A stretch of DNA of 64,000 bases from Gammaproteobacteria bacterium (GTDB lineage Bacteria > Pseudomonadota > Gammaproteobacteria > HK1). The stretch is from the NCBI GenBank assembly GCA_022826505.1, contig JAJDUQ010000050.1, forward strand, positions 12,801-76,800. Reading direction: 5' to 3'. The position numbers and the translations under genes are program-made. The notes beneath the pieces were generated by a model. The model was given only the letters and a program-made list of their open reading frames with translations. It was not told the DNA's origin and made no database searches. Below are positions 20,025-29,810 of the stretch, one piece after another (position 1 is the first letter of the stretch; the number at the start of each line of letters is the position of its first letter).

Positions 20025-20302
20025 TCACCCTCCGTGAAAGTGCACGAGATCCACGTCGACCACCTCGCCTTCTTCGATGCGGAAGACGATGCGCCGTATT
20101 CCCGATACCCGGACGCTCCACTGCCCCCGGCGATCACCCTCGAGCGGATGCAGCCGCATCCTGGTCGGTCTGCGTCTCTGGGGCGGCGCGTCTCGCCCAG
20201 CATCGTCAGAATTGGCCGGAGGCGAGGTATGCAGTGTGCTGGCAGTCGGCGTACGCAGTCGTGCTCGTACAGCTCCCGGAGCCCTTTGCGTCGGATACGC
20301 AT
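20025..20302 (-). pseudogene. higB: HigB/RelE-like toxin, frameshifted
   Basis: MRIRRKGLRELYE...RLRPIL in one frame and RLHPLEGDRRGQWSVRVSG..RIVFR.EEGEVVDVDLV in another; frameshift near 20158. Confidence 0.82.
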
Positions 20303-20416
20303 CAGTGCCGGGCAACGCGCCATGCCGCGCCCGGCCCGATTGGTAGCCGTCGAGTACGGGCGCCGCAGACAGCGATTTCGGGGTCGAGCCAACACTGCCG
20401 CCAACAACCTGACGAT

Positions 20417-20827
20417 TCACTCCGCCGACCAGTTCTCCACCCGCAGGCCCGGCACTCGACGAAATTCGCGGTCGTTGCCGGTCACGACCGTGAGGTCCGC
20501 AGCTCGTGCATGTGCCGCAATCAGAAGATCGTTGGGTCCGATCGTCGCACCGACCGACTCGAGATGGGTTCGTATGCTTCCATAGTGAAATCCGATGTCG
20601 GTCGGCAGGTCGGTCAGGATGTCGATTGCCTCGAGGATCTCGCGCATCCTCTGCGTGAGCCGCGGTGAATTCCGTTTGGCGAGTCCATAGTGAACCTCGC
20701 AGGCGACGATGGCGCTGGTGCATATCGCCGGTTCCCCGACAGCGGCGATTCTCCCGGCTGCGCTGCCGGCAGGATTCCTCGCGAGCTCCGCGAGAATGTT
20801 CGTGTCGAGCAGAAACCGGTGACTCAC
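20417..20827 (-). CDS. vapC: VapC PIN-domain toxin
   Basis: LLDTNIL, CEV.YG, IGPNDLLIAAHA, VTGN.REF.RVPGL.VENW. Confidence 0.94.
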   Translation of the reverse strand: MSHRFLLDTNILAELARNPAGSAAGRIAAVGEPAICTSAIVACEVHYGLAKRNSPRLTQRMREILEAIDILTDLPTDIGFHYGSIRTHLESVGATIGPNDLLIAAHARAADLTVVTGNDREFRRVPGLRVENWSAE

Positions 20828-21096
20828 GGTCGATCGCTTGTGTCCACGACAACGAACGGATCGTCGTCCAGTGGGGTCAACGTCTCGTCCACAGCGGGGA
20901 ACTCGTCGCGTGCCGCCAGCGGCGACATCGACGCGAGCACCTCCAGCAGCGGTTTGCGACGCGCGGGTTCCAGAATCAGCCGATTGCCTACCTTGCGGAT
21001 GACGGCCTCCCGGCCCGGCAACTCGAATTCCCGGGGAATGCGAACCGCCTGGTTCCGCCCGTTTCGAAACAACCTGACTTGACGGGCTTGCGTCAT
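20824..21096 (-). CDS. vapB: VapB antitoxin, AbrB/MazE (VagC-like) family
   Basis: V.LFRNGRNQAVRIPREFELPG.E..IRK.G.RLILEP; 4-nt overlap with vapC. Confidence 0.92.
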   Translation of the reverse strand: MTQARQVRLFRNGRNQAVRIPREFELPGREAVIRKVGNRLILEPARRKPLLEVLASMSPLAARDEFPAVDETLTPLDDDPFVVVDTSDRP

Positions 21097-21113
21097 GAGG
21101 TGGTTCCTGTCGA

Positions 21114-21137
21114 TGGCATAGGCTGAAACCTATGCCA
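21114..21137. promoter_or_regulatory. vapBC operator inverted repeat
   Basis: Perfect 9-bp IR TGGCATAGG-N6-CCTATGCCA, 17 bp upstream of the vapB start. Confidence 0.65.
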
Positions 21138-21189
21138 AACGAATGCCGAATGCAACGTGCGTGTTCTGGTGCGCGACACCGCGAACCAG

Positions 21190-21247
21190 TGCAACATCCG
21201 GCCCTTTCCAGGTCCAGCCACTACAGTCTGCGTGCTCAATCGACCCG
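21190..21247 (+). repeat. 58-bp direct repeat, copy 1 (copy 2 at 22190-22247)
   Basis: TGCAACATCCGGCCCTTTCCAGGTCCAGCCACTACAGTCTGCGTGCTCAATCGACCCG; 52/58 identical to copy 2. Confidence 0.9.
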
Positions 21248-21452
21248 TTCGACATGGACCACGATTTCGTGCCGTGCCAGTGCATCGCTGGATTCGAACA
21301 TCCTCTCGGCCATCCACGCCAGCGCATCGACGCGGCACGCCATGGACGACGGTCCTCGGACGAACGTCACACGTGGGTCCCACATGGGTTGCGGCCGCAC
21401 AACCGATGAGTGATACAATGCAGTGTTCAATCTACACGTAAAGAAACCCCCG

Positions 21453-21707
21453 ATGGCGCTGAACATTCGAAATCGAACGACCGAGGAGCTTGCCGCGACC
21501 CTGGCCAGGCTGACGGGAGAAACCAAGACGCAGGCGGTCACCACGGCGTTGCGCGACCGCCTGGAACGGATTCGGCGCCGGCGGACCGGCAGGGACCTGG
21601 CGGACGAGCTGGACGAGATTGCGCTGCATTGCGCATCCCTGCCGGTTCTCGACGAGAGGACGGCGGAAGACATTCTCGGCTACGACGAACGCGGCTTGCC
21701 GGTCTGA
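21453..21707 (+). CDS. vapB: VapB antitoxin (Rv0623-like RHH family)
   Basis: MALNIRN...E.LA..LA.LTGETKT.AV..ALR.RL, LGYDE.GLP C-terminus. Confidence 0.9.
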   Translation: MALNIRNRTTEELAATLARLTGETKTQAVTTALRDRLERIRRRRTGRDLADELDEIALHCASLPVLDERTAEDILGYDERGLPV

Positions 21708-22120
21708 TGGTCATCGACACGTCGGCGCTGATCGCGATCCTTCAGGACGAGCCCGAGCGCAGAGCATTCAACGAAGCCATCGAGGCGGCGGAGAGGCGCG
21801 TCGTGTCGGTCGCATCGTTCGTCGAGGCATCGATGGTCGTCGAGGCCCGGTACGGTCCGGATGGTGTTCGGGACCTCGATCTGTTCATCGCCAAGGCCGG
21901 CATCGAGCTCGTTGCGGTCGACACGGACCAGGCTCACGTTGCCCGAACCGCGTTTCGGCTCTACGGCAAGCGGCGTCATCCCGCCGGCCTCAACTTCGGT
22001 GACTGCTTCGCCTACGCTCTGGCAAGAACACTGGACGAGCCGTTGCTGTTCAAGGGCACGGACTTTTCCCTGACCGATGTCGAGATGTACTCGAAGGAGC
22101 AGGATGCAGAGTCGGGATGA
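21707..22120 (+). CDS. vapC: VapC PIN-domain toxin
   Basis: MVIDTSAL.AIL..EPE, YGK.RHPAGLNFGDCFAYALA, LLFKG.DF..TD; TGATG coupling. Confidence 0.94.
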   Translation: MVIDTSALIAILQDEPERRAFNEAIEAAERRVVSVASFVEASMVVEARYGPDGVRDLDLFIAKAGIELVAVDTDQAHVARTAFRLYGKRRHPAGLNFGDCFAYALARTLDEPLLFKGTDFSLTDVEMYSKEQDAESG

Positions 22121-22189
22121 CGTCCGATCCGCAGAGACCGGTGATGCCACCACCGTCCGCCTTCGTCCGGGGCGCTGCACACTATCTTC

Positions 22190-22247
22190 TGCAACATCTG
22201 GCCTTTTCCGGGTTCAGCCACTACAGTCGGCGCGCTCAATCGACCCG
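22190..22247 (+). repeat. 58-bp direct repeat, copy 2; immediate upstream region (likely promoter) of ilvD
   Basis: Ends 14 bp before the ilvD ATG; contains a TACAGT -10-like hexamer. Confidence 0.9.
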
Positions 22248-22261
22248 AATCGGAGTGCGTC

Positions 22262-23944
22262 ATGGCAGGACAGATCAACCGCTGGAGCTCGCGCATCACC
22301 CAGCCGAAATCCCAGGGGGCCTCGCAGGCCCAGCTCTTCGCCACCGGGTTAACGGAGGCGGACCTCGACAAGGCCCAGATCGGCATCGCCAGCATCTGGT
22401 ACGAGGGCAACAACTGCAACATGCACCTGCTCGGGCTGGCCGACGCGGTGAAGGAGGGGGTCGAGGCGGTCGGGGTGAAAGGGATGCGCTTCAACACCGT
22501 CGGAGTCTCGGACGGCATGTCCATGGGCACCGAGGGGATGTCGTTCTCGCTCCAGTCCCGCGACCTCATCGCGGACTCGATCGAGACCGTGACCCGCGGC
22601 CAGTGGTACGACGGTCTGGTCACCATCCCCGGGTGCGACAAGAACATGCCCGGGTGCCTGATGGCGATGGGCCGGATCAACCGTCCCTCGATCATGGTCT
22701 ACGGCGGCACCATCCGCGGCGGACGCATGTCGAGCGGGCAGGTGGTGGACATCGTCAACGCGTTCCAGAGCTACGGGCAGTACCTCGCGGGCAGCATCGA
22801 CGAGAACGAGCGGGTCGAAATCGTGCGCAACGCCTGCCCCGGCCCCGGCGCCTGCGGCGGCATGTACACCGCGAACACCATGGCCACCGCCATCGAGGCG
22901 ATGGGCATGTCGCTGCCCTACAGCTCCTCCACTCCGGCTACCGACCCCGCCAAGCTCGAGGAATGCCGGCAGGCCGGCGCCGTCGTGCGCGCGCTGATGG
23001 AGACGGACATCAAGCCGCGCGACATCATGACCCGGACCGCGTTCGAGAACGCGATGGTGATGGTCATGGTGCTCGGCGGCTCCACCAACGCGGTGCTGCA
23101 CCTCATCGCGATGGCGCGGGCGGTCGACGTCGACCTCACCATCGACGACTTCCAGGCGGTGAGCGATCGGATCCCCTTCATTGCGGACCTGAAGCCGAGC
23201 GGCAAGTACGTGATGGAGGACCTGCACCAGGTGGGCGGGGTGCCGGCGGTGATGAAGTATCTCCTCGCCGAGGGCCTCATCGACGGCGATGGCCTGACCT
23301 GTACCGGGCGGACCATCGCCGAGAACCTCGAAGAGGCGCTGCCGCTCTCCGAAGGGCAGAGGATCGTGTACCCGCTCGCGAGCCCCATCAAGGAGAGCGG
23401 ACACATCCGCATCCTGCGCGGGAACCTCGCGCCGGGCGGCGCGGTGGCGAAGATTACGGGCAAGGAGGGGTTGCGCTTCGAGGGCCGGGCCAACGTCTTC
23501 GACGCCGAGGAGGACATGCTGCGTGCCCTTGAAGAGGGGAAGATCGCCAAGGGCGACGTGATCGTCATCCGCTACGAAGGGCCGAAGGGCGGCCCCGGGA
23601 TGCCCGAGATGCTGACGCCGACCTCCGCGGTCATGGGAGCCGGGCTCGGCTCCGACGTGGCACTTATCACCGACGGCCGCTTCTCCGGCGGTTCGCACGG
23701 CTTCATCATCGGGCACGTGGTGCCCGAGGCGCAGGAAGGCGGACCCATCGGGCTCGTCGAGACCGGCGATCACATCGTCATCGACGCCGAGGAGAACTCC
23801 ATCAGCGTGAACGTCACCGACGAGGAGATGGCCCGGCGCCGCGAGGCATGGACGATGCCCGCGTTCAAGGAGACCCGCGGCACCCTGTACAAGTACATCA
23901 AGAACGTGTCCGACGCCTCCCACGGGTGCGTGACCGACGAGTAG
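22262..23944 (+). CDS. ilvD: Dihydroxy-acid dehydratase
   Basis: [68 protein letters not shown]. Confidence 0.97.
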   Translation: MAGQINRWSSRITQPKSQGASQAQLFATGLTEADLDKAQIGIASIWYEGNNCNMHLLGLADAVKEGVEAVGVKGMRFNTVGVSDGMSMGTEGMSFSLQSRDLIADSIETVTRGQWYDGLVTIPGCDKNMPGCLMAMGRINRPSIMVYGGTIRGGRMSSGQVVDIVNAFQSYGQYLAGSIDENERVEIVRNACPGPGACGGMYTANTMATAIEAMGMSLPYSSSTPATDPAKLEECRQAGAVVRALMETDIKPRDIMTRTAFENAMVMVMVLGGSTNAVLHLIAMARAVDVDLTIDDFQAVSDRIPFIADLKPSGKYVMEDLHQVGGVPAVMKYLLAEGLIDGDGLTCTGRTIAENLEEALPLSEGQRIVYPLASPIKESGHIRILRGNLAPGGAVAKITGKEGLRFEGRANVFDAEEDMLRALEEGKIAKGDVIVIRYEGPKGGPGMPEMLTPTSAVMGAGLGSDVALITDGRFSGGSHGFIIGHVVPEAQEGGPIGLVETGDHIVIDAEENSISVNVTDEEMARRREAWTMPAFKETRGTLYKYIKNVSDASHGCVTDE

Positions 23945-24736
23945 ATGCGCGACGCTGCGCAGAGCGCAGAGGTCGAAGTCCGGCCGCTCGCGCACCTGTG
24001 CGCGTGGGTCGCATGCCTGCTCGCCGCCGCGTCCGCCGGTGCCGGCGGAGCGCCGTCAGTCGACTACCGGATCGTCGCCGAGTACCCGCACGACCCCGCG
24101 GCGTTCACGCAGGGGCTCGTCATCGCCGGCGACGCCCTGTACGAGAGCACGGGTCTGCGGGGGCGTTCGTCACTGCGCAAGGTGCGGTTGACCACCGGAC
24201 GGGTGGTGCGCAAGCGGGCGTTGTCCGACCGGCTCTTCGGCGAGGGCCTCGCGCTCGTCGGCGACCACCTGTACCAGCTCACATGGACTTCGGGTCGCGC
24301 GTTCGTGCTGCGTCTGAAAGACTTCTCGCTCGTGCGCGAGCACCGCTACGCGGGGGAGGGCTGGGGTCTCGCCTTCGACGGCGAGCGGCTGGTGATGAGC
24401 GACGGCAGCGCGACGCTCCGGTTCCGTGACCCGCGGACCTTCCGGGTCGAGCGCGAGGTCGAGGTTCGCGACGGTGCAGGTGCCGTCGAGGCGCTGAACG
24501 AGCTCGAGTTCGTCGACGGGGCGCTGTACGCAAACATCTGGCGGTCCGACCGGGTGGCCCGCATCGACCCCGCGAGCGGTGCGGTGACCGGATGGCTCGA
24601 CCTCTCCCGAATCGCCGAGAAGGAGCGCAGCATGGGCGGCGTCGACGTCGCCAACGGCATCGCGTGGGACGGAAGCACGCTGTACGTGACGGGAAAGCTC
24701 TGGCACTCGGTCTACGGTCTCGAGCTGCTGCGCTGA
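23945..24736 (+). CDS. Glutaminyl-peptide cyclotransferase (type I, beta-propeller)
   Basis: YPHD..AFTQGL, ESTGL.G.S, FGEG, QLTW, EGWGL, SDGS, LNELE, ANIW, NGIA, VTGKLW; signal-like N-terminus. Confidence 0.92.
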   Translation: MRDAAQSAEVEVRPLAHLCAWVACLLAAASAGAGGAPSVDYRIVAEYPHDPAAFTQGLVIAGDALYESTGLRGRSSLRKVRLTTGRVVRKRALSDRLFGEGLALVGDHLYQLTWTSGRAFVLRLKDFSLVREHRYAGEGWGLAFDGERLVMSDGSATLRFRDPRTFRVEREVEVRDGAGAVEALNELEFVDGALYANIWRSDRVARIDPASGAVTGWLDLSRIAEKERSMGGVDVANGIAWDGSTLYVTGKLWHSVYGLELLR

Positions 24737-25037
24737 ACAGGTCGGGCTGGTGATGGAACGCCCGACCGTCTCCGGACTGCGCCCGCGGTTCGATGACGTA
24801 CTGCTTGTGTCGGCGAGGCGCCGACGTCATCGGCGCGCGAATGGTTGGCAATCCTCGAGGAGGGCGACGAAGCGCCGGTTCGGCATTCGGACACGAAACG
24901 GAGGTCGGCGGGGTCGACGGAAACGATTGCCGGCCCCATCATCGGTCGACGAGGGGTTGCCCTCGCAAACGGCACCATCTCCTGCCGATCGCGCAAGGGC
25001 CTTTCGACGGTGCTCGGGGCCCGTCGCGAGACCGAGC

Positions 25038-25859
25038 TCACTGCGAGTCGATCGGCCGATCGCCGGAAAGGTCCCGCGTGTGGACCACGACCCGATCGGC
25101 GTCGAGCAGGACGATCCCGTACGCGGGTCCCTCATGGGTGTACCGAGGGCGCTCGACGGGAGCGAGGTTCAACGCCAACTGATGGTTGGTCGCGAAGAGC
25201 GTGGAGAACGAGATCCTTCTCCAATGCCCGCTGATCGGTCGATGCGCGTGCCCGAAGAAGATGTGGCGCACGTTGTGGTGCCGGTCGATGGTCGAGACGA
25301 AGTCGTCGACGTCCAGCAGCCCGATGCGGTCCAGACCGGGAATGCCGACCGCAAACGGCGGGTGGTGCATGAACAGGAACACATCGCGATCCCCGGCCGT
25401 CGCCAACTGCTCGTTCAGCCAGTCGATGCGCCACCCGCAGTATCGGCCGGCCTTGCTTCCTTCGTCGTGGGTATCCAGAAACAGGAATCGGAACCGCGGA
25501 TGATCCAGCGCCGACTGGACGAATCCGTGCGCGTCGCGCGGTGCTCCGGCAAGCGCTCGCGCAAACCCCTCGCGCCGATCGTGATTGCCGACGAGCAGCC
25601 GTGCCGGAACCCGCAGCCGCCCGAGCAGCCTGGCGAGCTCGCCGTAGCCCCCGTCATCGCCGTTGTGCGCGAGGTCTCCGGTGATCACGCAGAATGCCGC
25701 GTCCTCGTGGTGGTCGTTGATCTCTTCGACGCAGCGTTCGAGGCGCGCGCCGGGGTCGAGACCGTGCACGCGCCCGCCGCGACCGACGAGGTGGGGGTCG
25801 GTCACGTGGATGAACTTCAGCACCGCCCGATCGCCCGCCGGCGCACTCGCTGACGACAT
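25038..25859 (-). CDS. Metallophosphoesterase (CpdA/GpdQ-like phosphodiesterase)
   Basis: TDPH, TGDL, GNHD, HHPP, GHAH motifs. Confidence 0.9.
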   Translation of the reverse strand: MSSASAPAGDRAVLKFIHVTDPHLVGRGGRVHGLDPGARLERCVEEINDHHEDAAFCVITGDLAHNGDDGGYGELARLLGRLRVPARLLVGNHDRREGFARALAGAPRDAHGFVQSALDHPRFRFLFLDTHDEGSKAGRYCGWRIDWLNEQLATAGDRDVFLFMHHPPFAVGIPGLDRIGLLDVDDFVSTIDRHHNVRHIFFGHAHRPISGHWRRISFSTLFATNHQLALNLAPVERPRYTHEGPAYGIVLLDADRVVVHTRDLSGDRPIDSQ

Positions 25860-25984
25860 CGGATGTCTCCGGGTGATAGCCTTTGTCCCGGTCCGGGCTC
25901 CGTCGGAGGACCTCCGGATTCGGCCGGGAATTTCGGATACTTCCGCAACCCCGGACCCAGACAATATAGACCGGGAGATACGCC

Positions 25985-26968
25985 ATGACACGTTTCGGCA
26001 CGACGATTGGCCTGGTGCTGGCAGGGCTTCTTGCGTTCAGCGCCGCTCATGCGACCTCGGGGAAGCTGGTCATCTACACGAGTCAGCCCAACAAGGACGC
26101 CCAGCAGACGGTCGACGCCTTCAACAAGGTCCATCCGGACGTCGAGGTGGAATGGATCCGGGACGGAACCACCAAGGTGATGGCGAAGCTTCGCGCGGAG
26201 ATGGCCGCCGGCACGCCCAATCCCGACGTGCTCCTGATCGCGGACGCCGTCACCATGGAAGGGCTGAAGCGCGACGGGCACCTCATGGCCTATCCGGACG
26301 CACCGGTCGGGGCGTATCCCGCCGGCCTTCATGACTCGGCAGGGCACTACTTCGGCACCAAGCTCATCACCACCGGCATCGTCTACAACACCAACGCACC
26401 GATGAAGCCGACCTCGTGGCAGGATCTCGTGACGCCGGAGGCCAGGGGGCTGGTGGCCATGCCGAGTCCGCTGTACTCGGGCGCCGCGCTCATTCATCTC
26501 GCGACCCTGACGTCCGCCCCCGAGCTCGGCTGGCAGTACTACGAGGATCTCGCCGCCAACGAGGCACGCGCCAAGGGCGGCAACGGCGGTACCCTGAAGG
26601 CGGTGGCGGGCGGCGAAAAGCTCTACGGGATGGTGATCGACTTCCTCCCGATCCGCAGCAAGGCCAAGGGCTCGCCCGTCGAGTTCGTGGTGCCGGAGGA
26701 AGGACTGAGCGCCATCTCCGAGCCGGTCGCGATTCTCAGCACCGCGAAGAACCCGCAAGCCGCCCGGGCGTTCGTCGACTTCCTGCTGTCGAAGGAGGGT
26801 CAGGAGCTCGCCGCGAGCCAGGGCTACATGCCGGCGCACCCGGACGTCGCGCCGCCGGCCGGATTCCCGTCGTCGGAGTCGATGAAGATCATCCCGCTCG
26901 ATGCTGAAATGGCCCTCGCGAACGCCGAGCAGAACAAGAAGATGTTCGCCGAGGTCTTCGGCGAGTAG
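25985..26968 (+). CDS. ABC transporter substrate-binding protein (Fe3+/sugar-phosphate AfuA-like family)
   Basis: Signal peptide, LVIYTS, GIVYNT, MPSPLYSG, P.EG......P.AIL, A.AFVDFLLS.EGQ. Confidence 0.88.
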   Translation: MTRFGTTIGLVLAGLLAFSAAHATSGKLVIYTSQPNKDAQQTVDAFNKVHPDVEVEWIRDGTTKVMAKLRAEMAAGTPNPDVLLIADAVTMEGLKRDGHLMAYPDAPVGAYPAGLHDSAGHYFGTKLITTGIVYNTNAPMKPTSWQDLVTPEARGLVAMPSPLYSGAALIHLATLTSAPELGWQYYEDLAANEARAKGGNGGTLKAVAGGEKLYGMVIDFLPIRSKAKGSPVEFVVPEEGLSAISEPVAILSTAKNPQAARAFVDFLLSKEGQELAASQGYMPAHPDVAPPAGFPSSESMKIIPLDAEMALANAEQNKKMFAEVFGE

Positions 26969-27028
26969 CCGCATCCTGCGGATGTGCATGGCGTGAAGCC
27001 GGGCTCGGCGGGGCTCCGCCGCGTCCAC

Positions 27029-28708
27029 GTGAGCGGCGAACGGGCCGTATTCGTCGCTCTCGTCGTGCTGGTGTCGGGGCTGAGCGTGGTCCCGATGGGC
27101 CGGCTCGTCCTGGAGAGCATCGCGCCCGGCGGACAGTTCGGCACCGGCGTGCTGCACGAGGTGCTGGACGCCCGGTCGACCTGGCGGGCCACCTGGCGCA
27201 GCCTCGAGACCGCGGTGGGCGGCACCGTCGTTTCCGTGCTGCTCGGGGGAGCGTTCGCCCTGCTGGTCGCCCTCACCGACATCCGGGGGAAGCGCGCGCT
27301 CGTCTTCTGCTTCCTCATCCCGCTGATGATCCCGCCGCAGGTGACGGCCCTGAGCTGGGTGCAGGTGCTCGGGCCGTCGAGCGCATTGCTCAACACACTC
27401 GGCATCGCGCCGCCGCTCGGGACGCCCAACCCCATCTACTCGCGCGAGGGGATCATCGCGCTGCTGGGCATCCAGCACGCGCCGCTGGTGTTCCTCGCCC
27501 TGCGCGCGGGTCTGCGCAGCATGCCGCGCGAAATGGTCGAGTCGGCCCGCGCCGCCGGAGCCGGTCACTGGCGGGTGCTGTTCACCGTCGTCTCGCCGTT
27601 GATGACGCCCGCCCTCGTGGCAGGGACCGCGCTCGCGTTCATCTCGTCGGTAGGCAACTTCGGCATCAACGCGTTCATCGGAATTCCCGCCAGCTACACC
27701 GTGCTGCCCACCCTCATCTACAAGCGCCTGGCAGGGTTCGGCCCGGACGTCATCTCCGAGGTGGCGGTGTTGTCGGTGCTCATCGGTGTCATCGCGTTCA
27801 GCGGTGTGCTGATCCAGGGGTGGGTGCTGCGCAAGCGCGACTACCGCACGGTGGGGGTGCCGTCCCAGCCTCTGGCCTACGTTCTCGGCGGGTGGCGGCC
27901 GGTCGCCGAGACGCTGTGCTGGGCACTCATCGTGCTCATTCTGGTGCTGCCGGTCACCGCACTCCTGGCGACGTCGCTGGTCTCGGCCTACGGCGTTCCG
28001 CTGACGAGCGCGACGGCGACCCTGGACAACTACGCCGAGGTGATGTTCCGCCAGGCGGTGACGATCCGCGCCTTCTCCAACAGCTTCGTGCTCGCCGGCG
28101 GCGCCGCGATCGCGCTGACCGCGATCGCGATCCCGCTGGCGTACTTCATCGTGTGGCGGCCGAGTCCGCTCGCCAGGCTGCTCAACCTGATTGCCGAGCT
28201 GCCCTACGCGCTCCCCGGCGTGGTGCTCGCCATCGCCTGCATCCTCCTGTTCCTCAAGCCCATCCCCATCGTCCACCTCACCATCTACAGCACGTTGTGG
28301 ATCATCTTCGTGGCCTATCTCGGCCGTTTCCTGACGTTGGCCCTGCGCCCCACGATCAGCGGTTTCCACCAGCTCGATCGGCAGTTGGAGGAGGCGGCCC
28401 AGATGGCGGGAGCGTCCTATCTGTTCAGGCTTCGAACCGTGCTCGCGCCGCTGGTGGCGCCGATCGCGGTCGCGGGCGGCCTGCTGGTGTTCATGACCGC
28501 CTTCAACGAGCTGACTGTCTCCGCCCTGCTGTGGTCGTCCGGGTCGGAGACGGTGGGTGTCGTCGTGTTCAACCTCGATGACGGCGGCTTTACCGTCCTC
28601 GCCGCAGCGGTGGCGATGCTCACGGTGATCGCCATCGTCGCGCTGATGCTCGTGAGCTCGGCCTGCTCGCGCTGGATGCCGCGCGGCCTGCTGCCGTGGG
28701 AGGCGTGA
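27029..28708 (+). CDS. ABC transporter fused double permease (FbpB/AfuB-like); start uncertain (26984-27029)
   Basis: Two permease halves with ESAR..GA and EEAA...GA motifs, NFG..A.IG.P, PYALPG.V, AFNELTVS.LL. Confidence 0.9.
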   Translation: MSGERAVFVALVVLVSGLSVVPMGRLVLESIAPGGQFGTGVLHEVLDARSTWRATWRSLETAVGGTVVSVLLGGAFALLVALTDIRGKRALVFCFLIPLMIPPQVTALSWVQVLGPSSALLNTLGIAPPLGTPNPIYSREGIIALLGIQHAPLVFLALRAGLRSMPREMVESARAAGAGHWRVLFTVVSPLMTPALVAGTALAFISSVGNFGINAFIGIPASYTVLPTLIYKRLAGFGPDVISEVAVLSVLIGVIAFSGVLIQGWVLRKRDYRTVGVPSQPLAYVLGGWRPVAETLCWALIVLILVLPVTALLATSLVSAYGVPLTSATATLDNYAEVMFRQAVTIRAFSNSFVLAGGAAIALTAIAIPLAYFIVWRPSPLARLLNLIAELPYALPGVVLAIACILLFLKPIPIVHLTIYSTLWIIFVAYLGRFLTLALRPTISGFHQLDRQLEEAAQMAGASYLFRLRTVLAPLVAPIAVAGGLLVFMTAFNELTVSALLWSSGSETVGVVVFNLDDGGFTVLAAAVAMLTVIAIVALMLVSSACSRWMPRGLLPWEA

Positions 28709-28734
28709 TTCGGGCGGCGGGAGAAGGGCGCCGC

Positions 28735-29784
28735 TCAGTCGGGAATCACCCAACCGCCGCCGACCCGGACGTGTACGGCCGCGCCCGGCGACGGCGCTTC
28801 GGCGCAGTTCAGCACCAGAGCGTGTCCGGGAGCGCGCGACAACTCGACCTCGACGTCATGGACGCCGCCGCGGTAGACGACGCGCCGGACCCTGCCTTCG
28901 ACGCCCGAACGCGCCAGGCTCAGGAACTCCGGTCGCAGGGACACCCTGGCCGGGCCCGGAGACTGCCGCCGGGCACACCGCAGCTCCAGGCGCTCGCCGC
29001 AGATCTCGACCTCGCAGGCGCCTCGTCCGTCGGCCCGAGTGACGAAACCGGGGATGACCACGCCTCGCCCGATGAAGTCCGCCACCATCGCCGTCGCGGG
29101 CTCTTCGTACAGGGTTCGCGGTTCGGCCACCTGCACGAGGCGACCCTGATCCATGACCGCCACGCGGTCCGCCAGCGCCATCGCCTCGGCCTGGTCATGG
29201 GTGATGTACAGCATGGTGGCGCCCGTCTTGTCGTGGAAGTCGACGAACTCCTCCTCCATGGCGGCCCTCAGGTGCACGTCCAGGTTGGCCAGCGGCTCGT
29301 CGAGCAGCACCAGCGACGGCTCCATGACCAGGCAGCGCGCGAGCGCCACCCGCTGGCGTTGACCGCCGCTCAAGTCCGCCGGCCGGCGCGACCCGAGCCC
29401 GGTCAATCCGACGGTCTCCAGGGCCGCGTCGACCTTGCCCCGGTACTGCGAGCCGCCTGTGCCGGCCACGCGCAGGGGGTATCCTACGTTGGCGTCCACA
29501 CTCATGTGGGGCCACAGGGCGTAGGACTGAAAGACGATTCCGACCCGGCGCCGTTCCGGCGGAACATGGCGCGAGACGGCGGACATGAGCTCGCCGTCAA
29601 AGCTGATTTCGCCGGCGGACACGGACTCGAAGCCCGCGATGAGTCGGAGGATCGTCGTCTTGCCGCATCCGCTGGGTCCGAGCAGGGCGACAAGCTCCCC
29701 GTTGCGCACGTCGAGGGTGACGTCGTCGACCGCGGTGACGTCCCCGAAGCGCTTGGTGACGCGATCCAACGCCAGCTCAGCCAT
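28735..29784 (-). CDS. ABC transporter ATP-binding protein (FbpC/AfuC-like)
   Basis: GPSGCGKTT, VFQSYALWPHM, LSGGQRQR, LLDEPLANLD. Confidence 0.93.
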   Translation of the reverse strand: MAELALDRVTKRFGDVTAVDDVTLDVRNGELVALLGPSGCGKTTILRLIAGFESVSAGEISFDGELMSAVSRHVPPERRRVGIVFQSYALWPHMSVDANVGYPLRVAGTGGSQYRGKVDAALETVGLTGLGSRRPADLSGGQRQRVALARCLVMEPSLVLLDEPLANLDVHLRAAMEEEFVDFHDKTGATMLYITHDQAEAMALADRVAVMDQGRLVQVAEPRTLYEEPATAMVADFIGRGVVIPGFVTRADGRGACEVEICGERLELRCARRQSPGPARVSLRPEFLSLARSGVEGRVRRVVYRGGVHDVEVELSRAPGHALVLNCAEAPSPGAAVHVRVGGGWVIPD

Positions 29785-29810
29785 GATCGGGAGTGTACAG
29801 TCCGGGGAGA

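Noticed and set aside
18278-22247. TA cluster as an integron cassette array
   Set aside because: Mixed orientations, no recognisable attC (RYYYAAC...GTTRRRY) boundaries, no integrase.
24737-25037. 300-bp gap with short ORFs between the glutaminyl cyclase and the phosphodiesterase
   Set aside because: No recognisable motif, RBS or codon bias; left unannotated.
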